Source: an uncultured Verrucomicrobiae bacterium (GTDB taxonomy: Bacteria > Verrucomicrobiota > Verrucomicrobiia > Chthoniobacterales > JAFAMB01). Taken from it: a stretch of DNA of 64,000 bases. A model generated the notes under the pieces. The model ran no database searches. It was not told the DNA's origin and saw nothing but the letters and a program-made list of their open reading frames with translations. Where the stretch lies: contig CAVXLD010000007.1 of assembly GCA_963762565.1 (NCBI GenBank), positions 448,001 to 512,000 on the forward strand, read 5' to 3'. Each line of letters opens with the position of its first letter. The first letter of the stretch is position 1. Made by a program: the position numbers and the translations under genes. This document shows positions 29,071 to 37,646 of the stretch, in pieces.

Positions 29071-29357
29071 GGTAGGGCGAGGCTCCCGAATGGCCTTCAG
29101 ATTTTTACGAAGGCGCCGGCTGGCTCAATTCAACGTTTGGCTATATCGATTTGCTGGCCGAGCCGCGGTCTATTGCGTGGCCAGAGTGGAAACGTGTCGT
29201 TTTGGCGGCTGCATGTGTCCATTTCTCACGTCCAACCTAAGAGCTAGCAACGCGCAGACCCCGGCTCGGCGCGCGCGTCGGCCCCATAAATCAGGTCTTG
29301 GCGCTACTGCCAGCATCTTCGCGGCAGCGCTTCGCCAGTCGGGAGCCTCGCCCTACC
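29071..29357. repeat. REPIN family B copy
   Basis: ggtagggcgaggctcccgaa ... tcgggagcctcgccctacc. Confidence 0.8.
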
Positions 29358-29475
29358 AACGATGGGCGGCCTTAAAAATCCGTCTGCGGAGATTGACGGT
29401 CGCGAATCTGACCTGTATAGCGTGACTCATCTCTGGGATCGGAAGAGGCAGGCGGGCCAGAGGTAAGAGGTTAAA

Positions 29476-30378
29476 ATGAAAAAGGCGCTTTTGCTCTGCT
29501 GTTTGCTGCTGGGAGCGAGGTGGGTCCTGGGGGGAGAGACGGAGACGATTCAAGGGCCGACTCCAATCACTGCCAATGCGACGCCGGCAGCCGATCCGAC
29601 TTGGAGTTTTGAGTCAACCACGAGCTATACAAGTGGCGCCCGCATCATGAAAGCGGGCTACTTTGGGTCTCAGGCCGAGGTCGAATATGAGTTGCAGGCC
29701 TACAAGGACATAAAACTATTTCAAAACTATTTCTTGCAGCTCGGTTTCGATTTGGAGCGGTTCAATTTTTCGCGGTCGAACAGTTTCTTTCCCTACGCCA
29801 TGACCAGTCTGGCCGGCGAATTGGTTTTTGCTTATTGGGATGGAGACGATTTTTATCCCGTTTTGAGATTCGAGCCGGGCTTGTATTACACGCGTGCCTA
29901 CATCACTAAAAACTCTTTTGATCTACCGATTCGGTTCACTCCCGGGCTGAAACTCAGTGAAAATCTTTATGTAATCGGAGGGTGCAGCTTCGATGTTTAT
30001 TCGAATCCGATCGTATTTCCCGTCTTCGGGCTCAATTGGAAAATCAGCGACCAATGGAACTTGCGGGCAGTTTTTCCTCGTCCGCGTTTTAGCTATCTGC
30101 CTAATAAGCAATGGGAGTTCTTTGTACAGGGAGACTTGAATGGCGACAGCTTCCGGAATGGGCCAACCGATGACCATCGAACCAATAATGCGGTCCTACA
30201 GTACTATTATTACCGCGCTGGCGTCGGGTTTAACTATGAACTGGTGAGAGGGTTCGAGATTGAAGCTGTCGCGGGCTACAACTTCAAGCGGGAGTACGAC
30301 TACATTCGCGCCGGTCCCATCTATGACGTCAAACCGGCACCCTACGTCTGGCTAGACTTGAAGTGGACGGTGTTTTGA
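29476..30378 (+). CDS. Outer-membrane beta-barrel protein (DUF6268-like)
   Basis: Signal peptide, alternating aromatic beta-strands, FP..GLNW...W.L..VFPRP, C-terminal aromatic residue (..KWTVF). Confidence 0.7.
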   Translation: MKKALLLCCLLLGARWVLGGETETIQGPTPITANATPAADPTWSFESTTSYTSGARIMKAGYFGSQAEVEYELQAYKDIKLFQNYFLQLGFDLERFNFSRSNSFFPYAMTSLAGELVFAYWDGDDFYPVLRFEPGLYYTRAYITKNSFDLPIRFTPGLKLSENLYVIGGCSFDVYSNPIVFPVFGLNWKISDQWNLRAVFPRPRFSYLPNKQWEFFVQGDLNGDSFRNGPTDDHRTNNAVLQYYYYRAGVGFNYELVRGFEIEAVAGYNFKREYDYIRAGPIYDVKPAPYVWLDLKWTVF

Positions 30379-30427
30379 TCCTTCGATCGCACCGGTCATC
30401 AATAGGGCGGGACAAGGCGTAGCGGAG

Positions 30428-30640
30428 CGGAGTGATGGAGTAGCGGAGTATTGGAGTAGCGGAGTATTGGAGTGATGGAGTGATGGAGTGATGGAGTGAT
30501 GGAGTGATGGAGTGATGGAGTGACTGGAGTGATGGCCAAGCGGCGATTCCGCCGCCAGAGTGCTCCAAGACGCGGCTTCGCCGCTGGTCTCACACCACTA
30601 CTCCGCTACTCCAATACTCCAGTACTCCAATACTCCGCTA
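30428..30640. repeat. Inverted octamer arrays (GGAGTRNN) x about 13 / (NNYACTCC) x5
   Basis: Direct reading. Confidence 0.9.
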
Positions 30641-30712
30641 GCCACGTCCGAGGACGAGGATGCATGCGCTTTCCGGTTGCGTGACTACCGGGAACGGAGC
30701 GATAGGATACCA

Positions 30713-31711
30713 ATGAACTATCGTCGACTGGGCAATGCGGGTGTTAAGGTTAGTGAGCTTTCCTTTGGATCCTGGGTTACGTTTGGAGACCAGATCGGCG
30801 ACGACGTCGCAGAGTCGCTGATGATCAAAGCTTACGAAGGGGGGATTAATTTCTTTGATAACGCGGAAGGTTATGCTCGCGGCAAGTCCGAGCTGGTCAT
30901 GGGCGCCATCTTGAAGAAGCTCGGTTGGCCCCGGGATTCCTGGTTGGTATCGAGCAAGGTCTATTTCGGCTCTGCTCCTCAACCGAAACCGAATCAGACT
31001 GGCCTGAGCCGCAAACACGTGTTTGAAGCGTGCCATGCGGCATTGCACCGCCTCCAAGTCGATTATCTTGATCTCTTCTTTTGTCATCGGCCGGATCCGG
31101 AGACGCCGATTGAGGAAACGGTGCGAGTAATGTCCGACTTAGTTACTCAGGGAAAGGTGCTTTACTGGGGCACCAGTGTCTGGAGCGCCGATCAAATCAT
31201 GGAAGCCTACGGTATCGCTCGAGCGAACAATTTAGTGCCTCCGACGATGGAACAGCCTTACTACAATTTGCTGCAACGCGACAAGGTCGAGCTCGAGTAC
31301 AGCCGTCTCTACCAAGGGATCGGGCTTGGTACCACCATCTGGTCTCCGTTAGCGAGTGGATTATTAACCGGCAAATACAACGACGGGTTGCCGAATGATG
31401 CGCGGATGGGTTTGGAAAGCTATGGCTGGCTACGTGATTGGGTTATCAAGCCAGAACGCCTCGAGAAAGTTCGCACCTATTGCAGGTTCGCTGGTAAACT
31501 AGGCCTCTCGCCTGCTGTGCTAGCCGTTGCCTGGTGTCTCAGAAATCCCAACGTCAGCACCGTAATTTTGGGGGCATCAAAGGTCTCGCAACTTGAAGAG
31601 AATCTGAAAGCCACTGCCGCCGCCGAACAACTGACGCCGGACATCCTGGAGGAGCTTGATGAGATTCTGGGTTCCAAACCTAAAGATCCGTCCAACGAGG
31701 ACAACCACTAG
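30713..31711 (+). CDS. Aldo/keto reductase (Kv-beta-like)
   Basis: YRRLG..G.KVSELSFGSW, FFDNAEGY, SRKHV.E, YWGTS.W, MEQP.YN, WSPLASGLLTGKY. Confidence 0.93.
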   Translation: MNYRRLGNAGVKVSELSFGSWVTFGDQIGDDVAESLMIKAYEGGINFFDNAEGYARGKSELVMGAILKKLGWPRDSWLVSSKVYFGSAPQPKPNQTGLSRKHVFEACHAALHRLQVDYLDLFFCHRPDPETPIEETVRVMSDLVTQGKVLYWGTSVWSADQIMEAYGIARANNLVPPTMEQPYYNLLQRDKVELEYSRLYQGIGLGTTIWSPLASGLLTGKYNDGLPNDARMGLESYGWLRDWVIKPERLEKVRTYCRFAGKLGLSPAVLAVAWCLRNPNVSTVILGASKVSQLEENLKATAAAEQLTPDILEELDEILGSKPKDPSNEDNH

Positions 31712-31772
31712 AACGCCGGCATCGCTCCGGCGGCTGCCGGACCGGGAACGGGTTCTACTTCTCATTTCTGAT

Positions 31773-32270
31773 ATGCCGGCAAAAAAGAGCACGAAATACG
31801 GGTCTTTGACGCTGCTGGGCAAGCCGGTGTCACACTATCCAAATGCGCCGTCCGCTAAGACCATTGAGACCTTCGAAAACGAGTACGCGGACCGGCGTTA
31901 CTTGATCAAATTTGAGTGTGCAGATTTCACTTCGCTCTGTCCGATCACAGGTCAGCCGGATTTTGCTAAAATTACGATAGAATACGTACCGGCTACTCGG
32001 TGCATCGAAACGAAATCCCTTAAGTTCTATCTCGCCTCTTATCGCAACACCCGCAGCTTTAACGAAGAAATCGTTAATCGTATTTTGGACGATATAGTAG
32101 CGGCTTCTGGTCCTCAGGAAGCATTGGTGTACGGAGAGTTCGCCGCCCGCGGCGGAATCAGCCTTTCTGTAGAGGCGCAGTATGCAGCGGCTGACAACGG
32201 TCAGGAAATGACTGGAGTCGGGCGTGAAAAAAACCGACGAGGACGAGGACGAGAACGAAGCCCGCTATGA
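31773..32270 (+). CDS. queF: NADPH-dependent preQ0 reductase
   Basis: FTSLCPITGQPDFA, ETKSLKFYL.SYRN, GEFAARGGI. Confidence 0.95.
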   Translation: MPAKKSTKYGSLTLLGKPVSHYPNAPSAKTIETFENEYADRRYLIKFECADFTSLCPITGQPDFAKITIEYVPATRCIETKSLKFYLASYRNTRSFNEEIVNRILDDIVAASGPQEALVYGEFAARGGISLSVEAQYAAADNGQEMTGVGREKNRRGRGRERSPL

Positions 32271-33166
32271 GCGTCGTGGTTCTTCTTAGTGGTGGGATGG
32301 ATTCTGTGGCCGCATTTTACGATGCGATGTCGCGCCACGAGGTCGTCGCTGCGATTAGTTTTGATTACGGAGCGAAACATAACCACAAAGAGATCCCATT
32401 TGCTGCCGATCATTGCCGTAAGTTCAAGGTTGGGCACCAGGTAATCTCGTTGGATTTCGTGAGCGATTTGTTCAAGTCAGACCTGTTGAAGTCTGGTGGC
32501 TCCATACCGGATGGCCACTACGAAGAGCAGACCATGAAAAGCACCGTGGTCCCTTTCCGGAATGGTATCATGCTGTCGATCGCTGCCGGGTTTGCCGAAA
32601 GCAAAGGGGCAGCCGGACTAGTGATCGCGGCACACGCCGGCGATCACGCGATTTATCCGGATTGCCGGGAGGAGTTCATGAAATCAATGGCAGATGCGAT
32701 TCGCCTCGGCACTTACGCCGGCATCACCTTGTTGCGGCCGTTCATTTCCATGACAAAAGCAGACATCGCCAGGCGGGGCCATGCTCTTGGTGTTGATTTC
32801 GCTCAGACGTGGTCCTGCTATAAAGGCGGTGCACTTCATTGCGGCGCCTGTGGCACCTGTGTAGAACGCCGAGAAGCCTTTATCATAGCGGGTATTCCCG
32901 ATCCTACGAAGATATGCAGCGAAGGAACCCATTCCGCCAAGACCCAGCGTGGTCCGATAGACCTTCGTAATCGTTCTCGTGCTCGTCCTCGTCCTCGACG
33001 AATCAACCCAGCGTTCCTTCGCCGATTTGGTTTGGATCCTGACGGGGATCGAGCGAGAATAACTCTGGGCAGAAAATACCCAATCGAGGACGAGGACGAC
33101 GACGAGGACGAGTACGATGAGGCGGGACGGGAGCGGCACCTACCAGCGCTGGCAAAGCCGTGCTAG
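32267..33166 (+). CDS. queC: 7-cyano-7-deazaguanine synthase; apparent frameshift near 32909, natural end probably 32960
   Basis: LLSGGMDS, FDYG..H, VVPFRN, YPDCR.EF, TWSCY...CG.CG.C..R; the last ~85 aa read through a repeat. Confidence 0.93.
   Translation: MSVVVLLSGGMDSVAAFYDAMSRHEVVAAISFDYGAKHNHKEIPFAADHCRKFKVGHQVISLDFVSDLFKSDLLKSGGSIPDGHYEEQTMKSTVVPFRNGIMLSIAAGFAESKGAAGLVIAAHAGDHAIYPDCREEFMKSMADAIRLGTYAGITLLRPFISMTKADIARRGHALGVDFAQTWSCYKGGALHCGACGTCVERREAFIIAGIPDPTKICSEGTHSAKTQRGPIDLRNRSRARPRPRRINPAFLRRFGLDPDGDRARITLGRKYPIEDEDDDEDEYDEAGRERHLPALAKPC
32970..33120. repeat. Inverted hexamer arrays (TCGTYC)n / (GACGAG)n
   Basis: Same family at 8552-8695 and 35413-35570. Confidence 0.8.
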
Positions 33167-33180
33167 GTTCCTTGCTCGCG

Positions 33181-33873
33181 ATGTTCGTTTCCGAAATCTT
33201 CTACTCTATCCAGGGCGAAGGTGAACTAACGGGCGTTCCTTCCGTTTTCGTCCGCACGTCCGGCTGCAATCTGCGATGTAGCTGGTGCGACACCAAGTAT
33301 GCCTCCTGGACGCCGGAGGGTGAAGAAATGGATATCGAAGACATTGCGGCCAAGGTCGAGGAACTCGCCTGCCGGCACGTCGTGGTGACCGGAGGAGAAC
33401 CGATGATAGCAAAAGGAATTCATCAATTGGCGACGCGGCTAAAGGAACTGGGAAAACATATTACCATCGAAACGGCCGCTACGATTTTACCGGAGGGGAT
33501 CCCGTGCGATCTGGCTTCCTTAAGTCCCAAGCTCAGCAACTCAGCCCCGGATACGGCATTGGCAGGCGGTTGGCGAGACCGGCACGAAAAACGCCGGCTT
33601 CAGCCTGAGGTGATTCGGGACTGGATTAACAACTACAATTACCAACTCAAGTTTGTTGTCGCGTCGGGAAACGACCTGGAAGAGATTCAAGATCTCCTAG
33701 CCGGAGTTGGCGCCCCAATCACTCCCGCCAAAGTCTTGCTAATGCCCGAGGGCACCGATGCAGAGACCATCCGCAAACGCAGTTTAACCCTGATCGCTAT
33801 CTGCAAACAGTATGGTTACAGATACTGCGACCGGTTGCATATTCGCCTGTTTGGAAATACCAAAGGAACGTGA
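33181..33873 (+). CDS. queE: 7-carboxy-7-deazaguanine synthase (radical SAM)
   Basis: SEIFYSIQGEG...G.PSVFVRTSGCNLRCSWCDT, VVTGGEP, IET, SPKL. Confidence 0.95.
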   Translation: MFVSEIFYSIQGEGELTGVPSVFVRTSGCNLRCSWCDTKYASWTPEGEEMDIEDIAAKVEELACRHVVVTGGEPMIAKGIHQLATRLKELGKHITIETAATILPEGIPCDLASLSPKLSNSAPDTALAGGWRDRHEKRRLQPEVIRDWINNYNYQLKFVVASGNDLEEIQDLLAGVGAPITPAKVLLMPEGTDAETIRKRSLTLIAICKQYGYRYCDRLHIRLFGNTKGT

Positions 33874-34029
33874 TTGGGGGGAGGAGTTCAGGAGTTCAGC
33901 CTGGGGTGAACCACAAATTTCAAGCAAAAATTCGCCTATGACTGTAGTATGGAATTGACCAGTTACTGTCGCTTGCGGCCTCCTGAACTCCTGCAACTCC
34001 TGAACTTCTGAACTCCTTTGTTTTCCGCC

Positions 34030-34494
34030 ATGCCCTTTCGAATTTGTAAGAGCTTCGAGATTGAGAGCGGTCACATGCTCAGTAAGCATCCGGACAAATG
34101 TGCTTTTCCGCATGGTCATACCCGGCGGGTTGAATTTGTACTGGAAGCCGATGAGCTAGATCAGAATGAGATGGTTTGCGACTTCAAGATCGTTAAAGAA
34201 CTGGTCTCTGATTTCCTGGACCGGCTTGATCATTCGATGTGCATGAACACTGACGATCGGAGATATGCGGAATTCAAAGCTTACTATGGAGAACGCCTGA
34301 TCGGTTTTAAGGGAGCTGACCCTACGACCGAGGTAATTGCTAAGCGGCTCTTTGACCACTGCCAAGAAAAATTAGCTGAGTACGCTGGCACTCCCAAAGA
34401 GACTTATCCGCTGCGCCGGAGCGTCCGGATCATCAAGGTCAGGGTATGGGAGACCAGCAGTTCGTGGTCGGAGTACGGAGAAGGTGAAAGGTGA
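34030..34494 (+). CDS. queD: 6-carboxytetrahydropterin synthase
   Basis: H.L...C..PHGH, MVCDF, LDH, PTTE.IA, VRVWET. Confidence 0.93.
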   Translation: MPFRICKSFEIESGHMLSKHPDKCAFPHGHTRRVEFVLEADELDQNEMVCDFKIVKELVSDFLDRLDHSMCMNTDDRRYAEFKAYYGERLIGFKGADPTTEVIAKRLFDHCQEKLAEYAGTPKETYPLRRSVRIIKVRVWETSSSWSEYGEGER

Positions 34495-34803
34495 AAGGTG
34501 AAAGGTGAAAGGTGAAAAGAGCCCAGGGACCGGTAGGGCGAAAACCCGACTTCGCAAGGCCTACGTCGCGGCCAAGCTCTCTGGTAGGCTGAGACCTAAA
34601 GAGAGGGCGCGCCAAAGCGTAGCGACGGCGGCCTCGGCGCGCCGCTGGCTAGCCATCTTCCTTGAAGCCGATCGCGCCGGATTTGAGCCGCTCCGTGGGG
34701 TTATTTCTTCCAGCGATATGCCCGACCCAGCGCTTCCTGGCTCTTGGATTCTGACTCCTGGCTCCTCTCCTGAACTCCTCGAACTCCTGAACTCCTGAAC
34801 TCC
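34481..34803. repeat. (GTGAAAG)n array, partial REPIN family A, and (CTCCTGAA)n array
   Basis: Direct reading; the queD stop lies inside the GTGAAAG array. Confidence 0.75.
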
Positions 34804-34811
34804 TTCCCCCC

Positions 34812-35396
34812 ATGCCCACCGATTCAAGAAAACGTTGTTCCTGGCCCACCACCCCTGATCCTCTTTACCTCGAGTATCACGATGTTGAATGGGGTACACC
34901 ATCGTTCGATGATCGACATCTTTACGAGATGCTAGTCCTCGAAAGCATGCAGAGCGGGCTGAGCTGGATCACGATCCTCAAAAAGCGAGAATCGTTCCGG
35001 GAAGCATTTAAGAATTTCGAGATCGAAGCCGTGGCGAAGTTCAATGAAAAGAAGGTTGAGCAACTCTTGGCTGACCCAGGCATTATCCGGAATCGGGCAA
35101 AGATCGTAGCGGCGATCGCAAACGCCAAAGCAGCAGCCAAAGTCATCAAGGAGAAAGGCTCATTGTCGGATTTCCTATGGGAAACCGTCGGGGGCAAAGC
35201 CAGGCAGAACCAATGGAAATCGGGTGGTGATATTCCCGCTCAGAGCGAACAATCGCAGGAACTGGCCAAGCGATTGAAAGCACATGGGTTCAAGTTTCTT
35301 GGCCCGACCACCTGCTACGCGTTTATGCAAGCCGTGGGGATGGTAAACGATCATCTGGTGACTTGTTTCCGGCATCGCGAGGTAGCGTCGAAATAG
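34812..35396 (+). CDS. tag: DNA-3-methyladenine glycosylase I
   Basis: RCSW, YHD.EWG.P, E..Q.GLSW.TILKKR, IIRNRAKI, GF.F.GPT.CYAFMQA.G.VNDH...C. Confidence 0.95.
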   Translation: MPTDSRKRCSWPTTPDPLYLEYHDVEWGTPSFDDRHLYEMLVLESMQSGLSWITILKKRESFREAFKNFEIEAVAKFNEKKVEQLLADPGIIRNRAKIVAAIANAKAAAKVIKEKGSLSDFLWETVGGKARQNQWKSGGDIPAQSEQSQELAKRLKAHGFKFLGPTTCYAFMQAVGMVNDHLVTCFRHREVASK

Positions 35397-35662
35397 GCCC
35401 GGACCGGGCATCATCGTTCTCGTTCTCGTCGTCGTCCTCGAAGGGACGCTTTCGCAAGCCTCCAGGGCCTCAATCGCGAGCGGGCGCCTTGGTTAGGTCT
35501 CAACCTGTATCGGCAGCAGCACCAACAATCGAGGACGAGGACGACGACGAGAACGATTACGATTACGAGCGCCCGAAGAGAACGAATGTGAGGCTACGAA
35601 CAAAACTCGAGTATGCGTGGCTCCTATGCGCATCCCCATATCTGAAGTCCACCACCCAACAT

Positions 35663-35860
35663 ATGGGCAGAACTCAGCGTCGTTTACTTAGAAAGACCGA
35701 GAGCAGCGGAATCGATTCGAGTCTTGATGCCCGTTTACGGCTATTAGCCGTAGGACAACTCGATCGCAAGAGCCAGGACCAATTGTTTATTGAGCTAGCG
35801 AAGAACCCGGGATTAGTAAACCGCCTGGCCGAACATTTGCGAGCCTTGTCTCCCTTGTGA
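35663..35860 (+). CDS. Small hypothetical protein (65 aa)
   Basis: ATG 35663 in frame with the track ORF, downstream of the repeat; amphipathic helical sequence. Confidence 0.45.
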   Translation: MGRTQRRLLRKTESSGIDSSLDARLRLLAVGQLDRKSQDQLFIELAKNPGLVNRLAEHLRALSPL

Positions 35861-36239
35861 TGTGTTCAGCCCCGTGGACGCGCCATTGAAGAAACGGCGA
35901 ATGGGCGAAACGGCGCCCGAAGTGGGGCAATGAGGGGCTAGGTGTCATGATTTTGAATGGTTGTACCAACATCGGGCAACACGGATCCCGCTATCGCGTA
36001 ACATCCTCACAACCGAACCGTCGGGCGCCACTTTCAGGGCGCCTTCCCGCCGCGATCGACCCAGGGCTAAAGCCCTGGGCTATGGTCTTAAGCCGCTTCG
36101 CGGCAAAATCCGACAGACTCCTACGGCGAGTCCCTGGCGAGCCAGATTGGAACCGAGCTACAGAAGCAGTGGAACATTAGCCCGCCGCAAAACTGCGCCG
36201 GTTGTCACCGATGAACAACGCCGAGAACGGAATCCTGGC

Positions 36240-36300
36240 AGAAACGCGGAACGCCGAACGCCGAACGCCGAACGCCGAACGCCAAACGCCAAACGGCGAA
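36240..36300 (+). repeat. (GAACGCC)n heptamer array
   Basis: Direct reading; abuts the stop of the 36303 gene. Confidence 0.85.
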
Positions 36301-36302
36301 CG

Positions 36303-37598
36303 TTACATTCCCTCTAGTTCGCGCACGTAGTTCAACGCTGAAACGATTGTGGGAGATTTCGGATTCGAGTCCGCTAACTTAGTCAATTCAGTGTCGGCTT
36401 CGGCGAATAGCCCCGCTCGAGCTAGAAGGAACGATTTTAGGAGGTGCGAAGACTGTGCCGCTTCCGAAGCCAGCGATTGGAGGTCGCTCTCCGAAATGAT
36501 CTTGAATCGTCCGGTTACCGATTTCCCTGGTATGCTTCCTCCAGTAGGGGGCTCAGTGACGTCCCAAACATAAAATCTTCCTGGCCGAAGAGGACCAGGA
36601 ATTGCGAAACTATGTTTGTCTCCGGATAGCTGCGTTTCGAGGACCGTTTCGTTTGTTGCGCAGTCGCGCACTGTGAGAGTTTGATTCTTGGACGCGTCCG
36701 AGCCCGCTGACCAGCTCAATACGGGAATCGTGTCTCGTATAACAATCCCATTTGGCTGAACATCCGGGTCTGGCGTCGCTCGAGGTAGGGCGACGACGGC
36801 GCCGAAAATCTTTCGACTGAAGAAGTACTCACCGCTAGGGAGTTTGGTCTCGGATGGAGCGCGAGTCGTTACCGCCGGCGTCTCGGATAGACCCCGCATC
36901 AGATCCGGTGCCTGTAATTGAGCGTGAGCAAGTTCGAGGATTGAGGTGGCAAGCACAGTAACTGCCTCCCTGGAGAGTGTCGCTGACAGTGGCATCAGTT
37001 GGCCGTCGGCTGACACGTTGAAAGTTAGGGAACCATCTTGGATAGAGTCCATCGCGAGTTGGCTCGGGGCAGGCGATCGGTAAAATAAACCTGTCGAAAC
37101 TACGCCCGTGATGATGACCAAAGCGGCCGCTACCGCTCCCGCAAGAACCAAGGGATTGGCGAACCACTCAGTGACTCGATCGCGGATCGCCTGAAGGTTC
37201 GGTGACTGGTATCGATTGTGCCCCCGGCGTTGCAAAAGCTCAGGCGCATAATTTCGGGAAGGCAATTCTTGGAGCTCGCTCCTGAAGTCCGCCAGATCTG
37301 CGATAGTCTCCCGGCAAAGGGCGCATTTTATCAAATGATCCTCGACGGAACCTTTTTGCAGCGGCATGAGATCGTTGTCTGCGTAGGCGGCAAGTACATC
37401 GTCCGATGGATGCTGCTCGCTGGGCGCAACCGGCAATATCTGGTCTTCCACCGAACCCGCTTTTTCCGATCTAAGCGCAACAAGATCGTTCCGGCACGAG
37501 TCGCAACCTCGAACATGTTCGACCGCGGCAATAGTGTCGGCTGGCGATAGTGACCGCGCCAGCAACCCTCGCCGCAATTGTTCAGTGAGATGAGCCAT
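36303..37598 (-). CDS. Tandem zf-HC2 (ZAS) anti-sigma-like membrane protein, paralog 1
   Basis: EHVRGCDSC and DHLIKCALC; single TM (PLVLAGAVAAALVIITGVV); extracytoplasmic beta-rich plus helical C-terminal domain. Confidence 0.8.
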   Translation of the reverse strand: MAHLTEQLRRGLLARSLSPADTIAAVEHVRGCDSCRNDLVALRSEKAGSVEDQILPVAPSEQHPSDDVLAAYADNDLMPLQKGSVEDHLIKCALCRETIADLADFRSELQELPSRNYAPELLQRRGHNRYQSPNLQAIRDRVTEWFANPLVLAGAVAAALVIITGVVSTGLFYRSPAPSQLAMDSIQDGSLTFNVSADGQLMPLSATLSREAVTVLATSILELAHAQLQAPDLMRGLSETPAVTTRAPSETKLPSGEYFFSRKIFGAVVALPRATPDPDVQPNGIVIRDTIPVLSWSAGSDASKNQTLTVRDCATNETVLETQLSGDKHSFAIPGPLRPGRFYVWDVTEPPTGGSIPGKSVTGRFKIISESDLQSLASEAAQSSHLLKSFLLARAGLFAEADTELTKLADSNPKSPTIVSALNYVRELEGM

Positions 37599-37619
37599 TA
37601 TTCACCAAATTCTGCATTG

Positions 37620-37646
37620 GTAACCGCAATGCGTCCTTTTGTTACA
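37620..37646 (-). promoter_or_regulatory. Conserved upstream motif TGTAACAAAAGGACGCATTGCGGTTAC (candidate promoter/operator)
   Basis: Close match to the motif at 44696-44720 upstream of the paralogous gene. Confidence 0.5.

Noticed and set aside
30428..30640. GGAGTGAT array as CRISPR or as the N-terminus of the aldo/keto reductase
   Set aside because: Simple octamer tandem; the reductase starts at ATG 30713
31712..31772. preQ1 riboswitch upstream of queF
   Set aside because: No recognisable preQ1 stem-loop with A-rich tail
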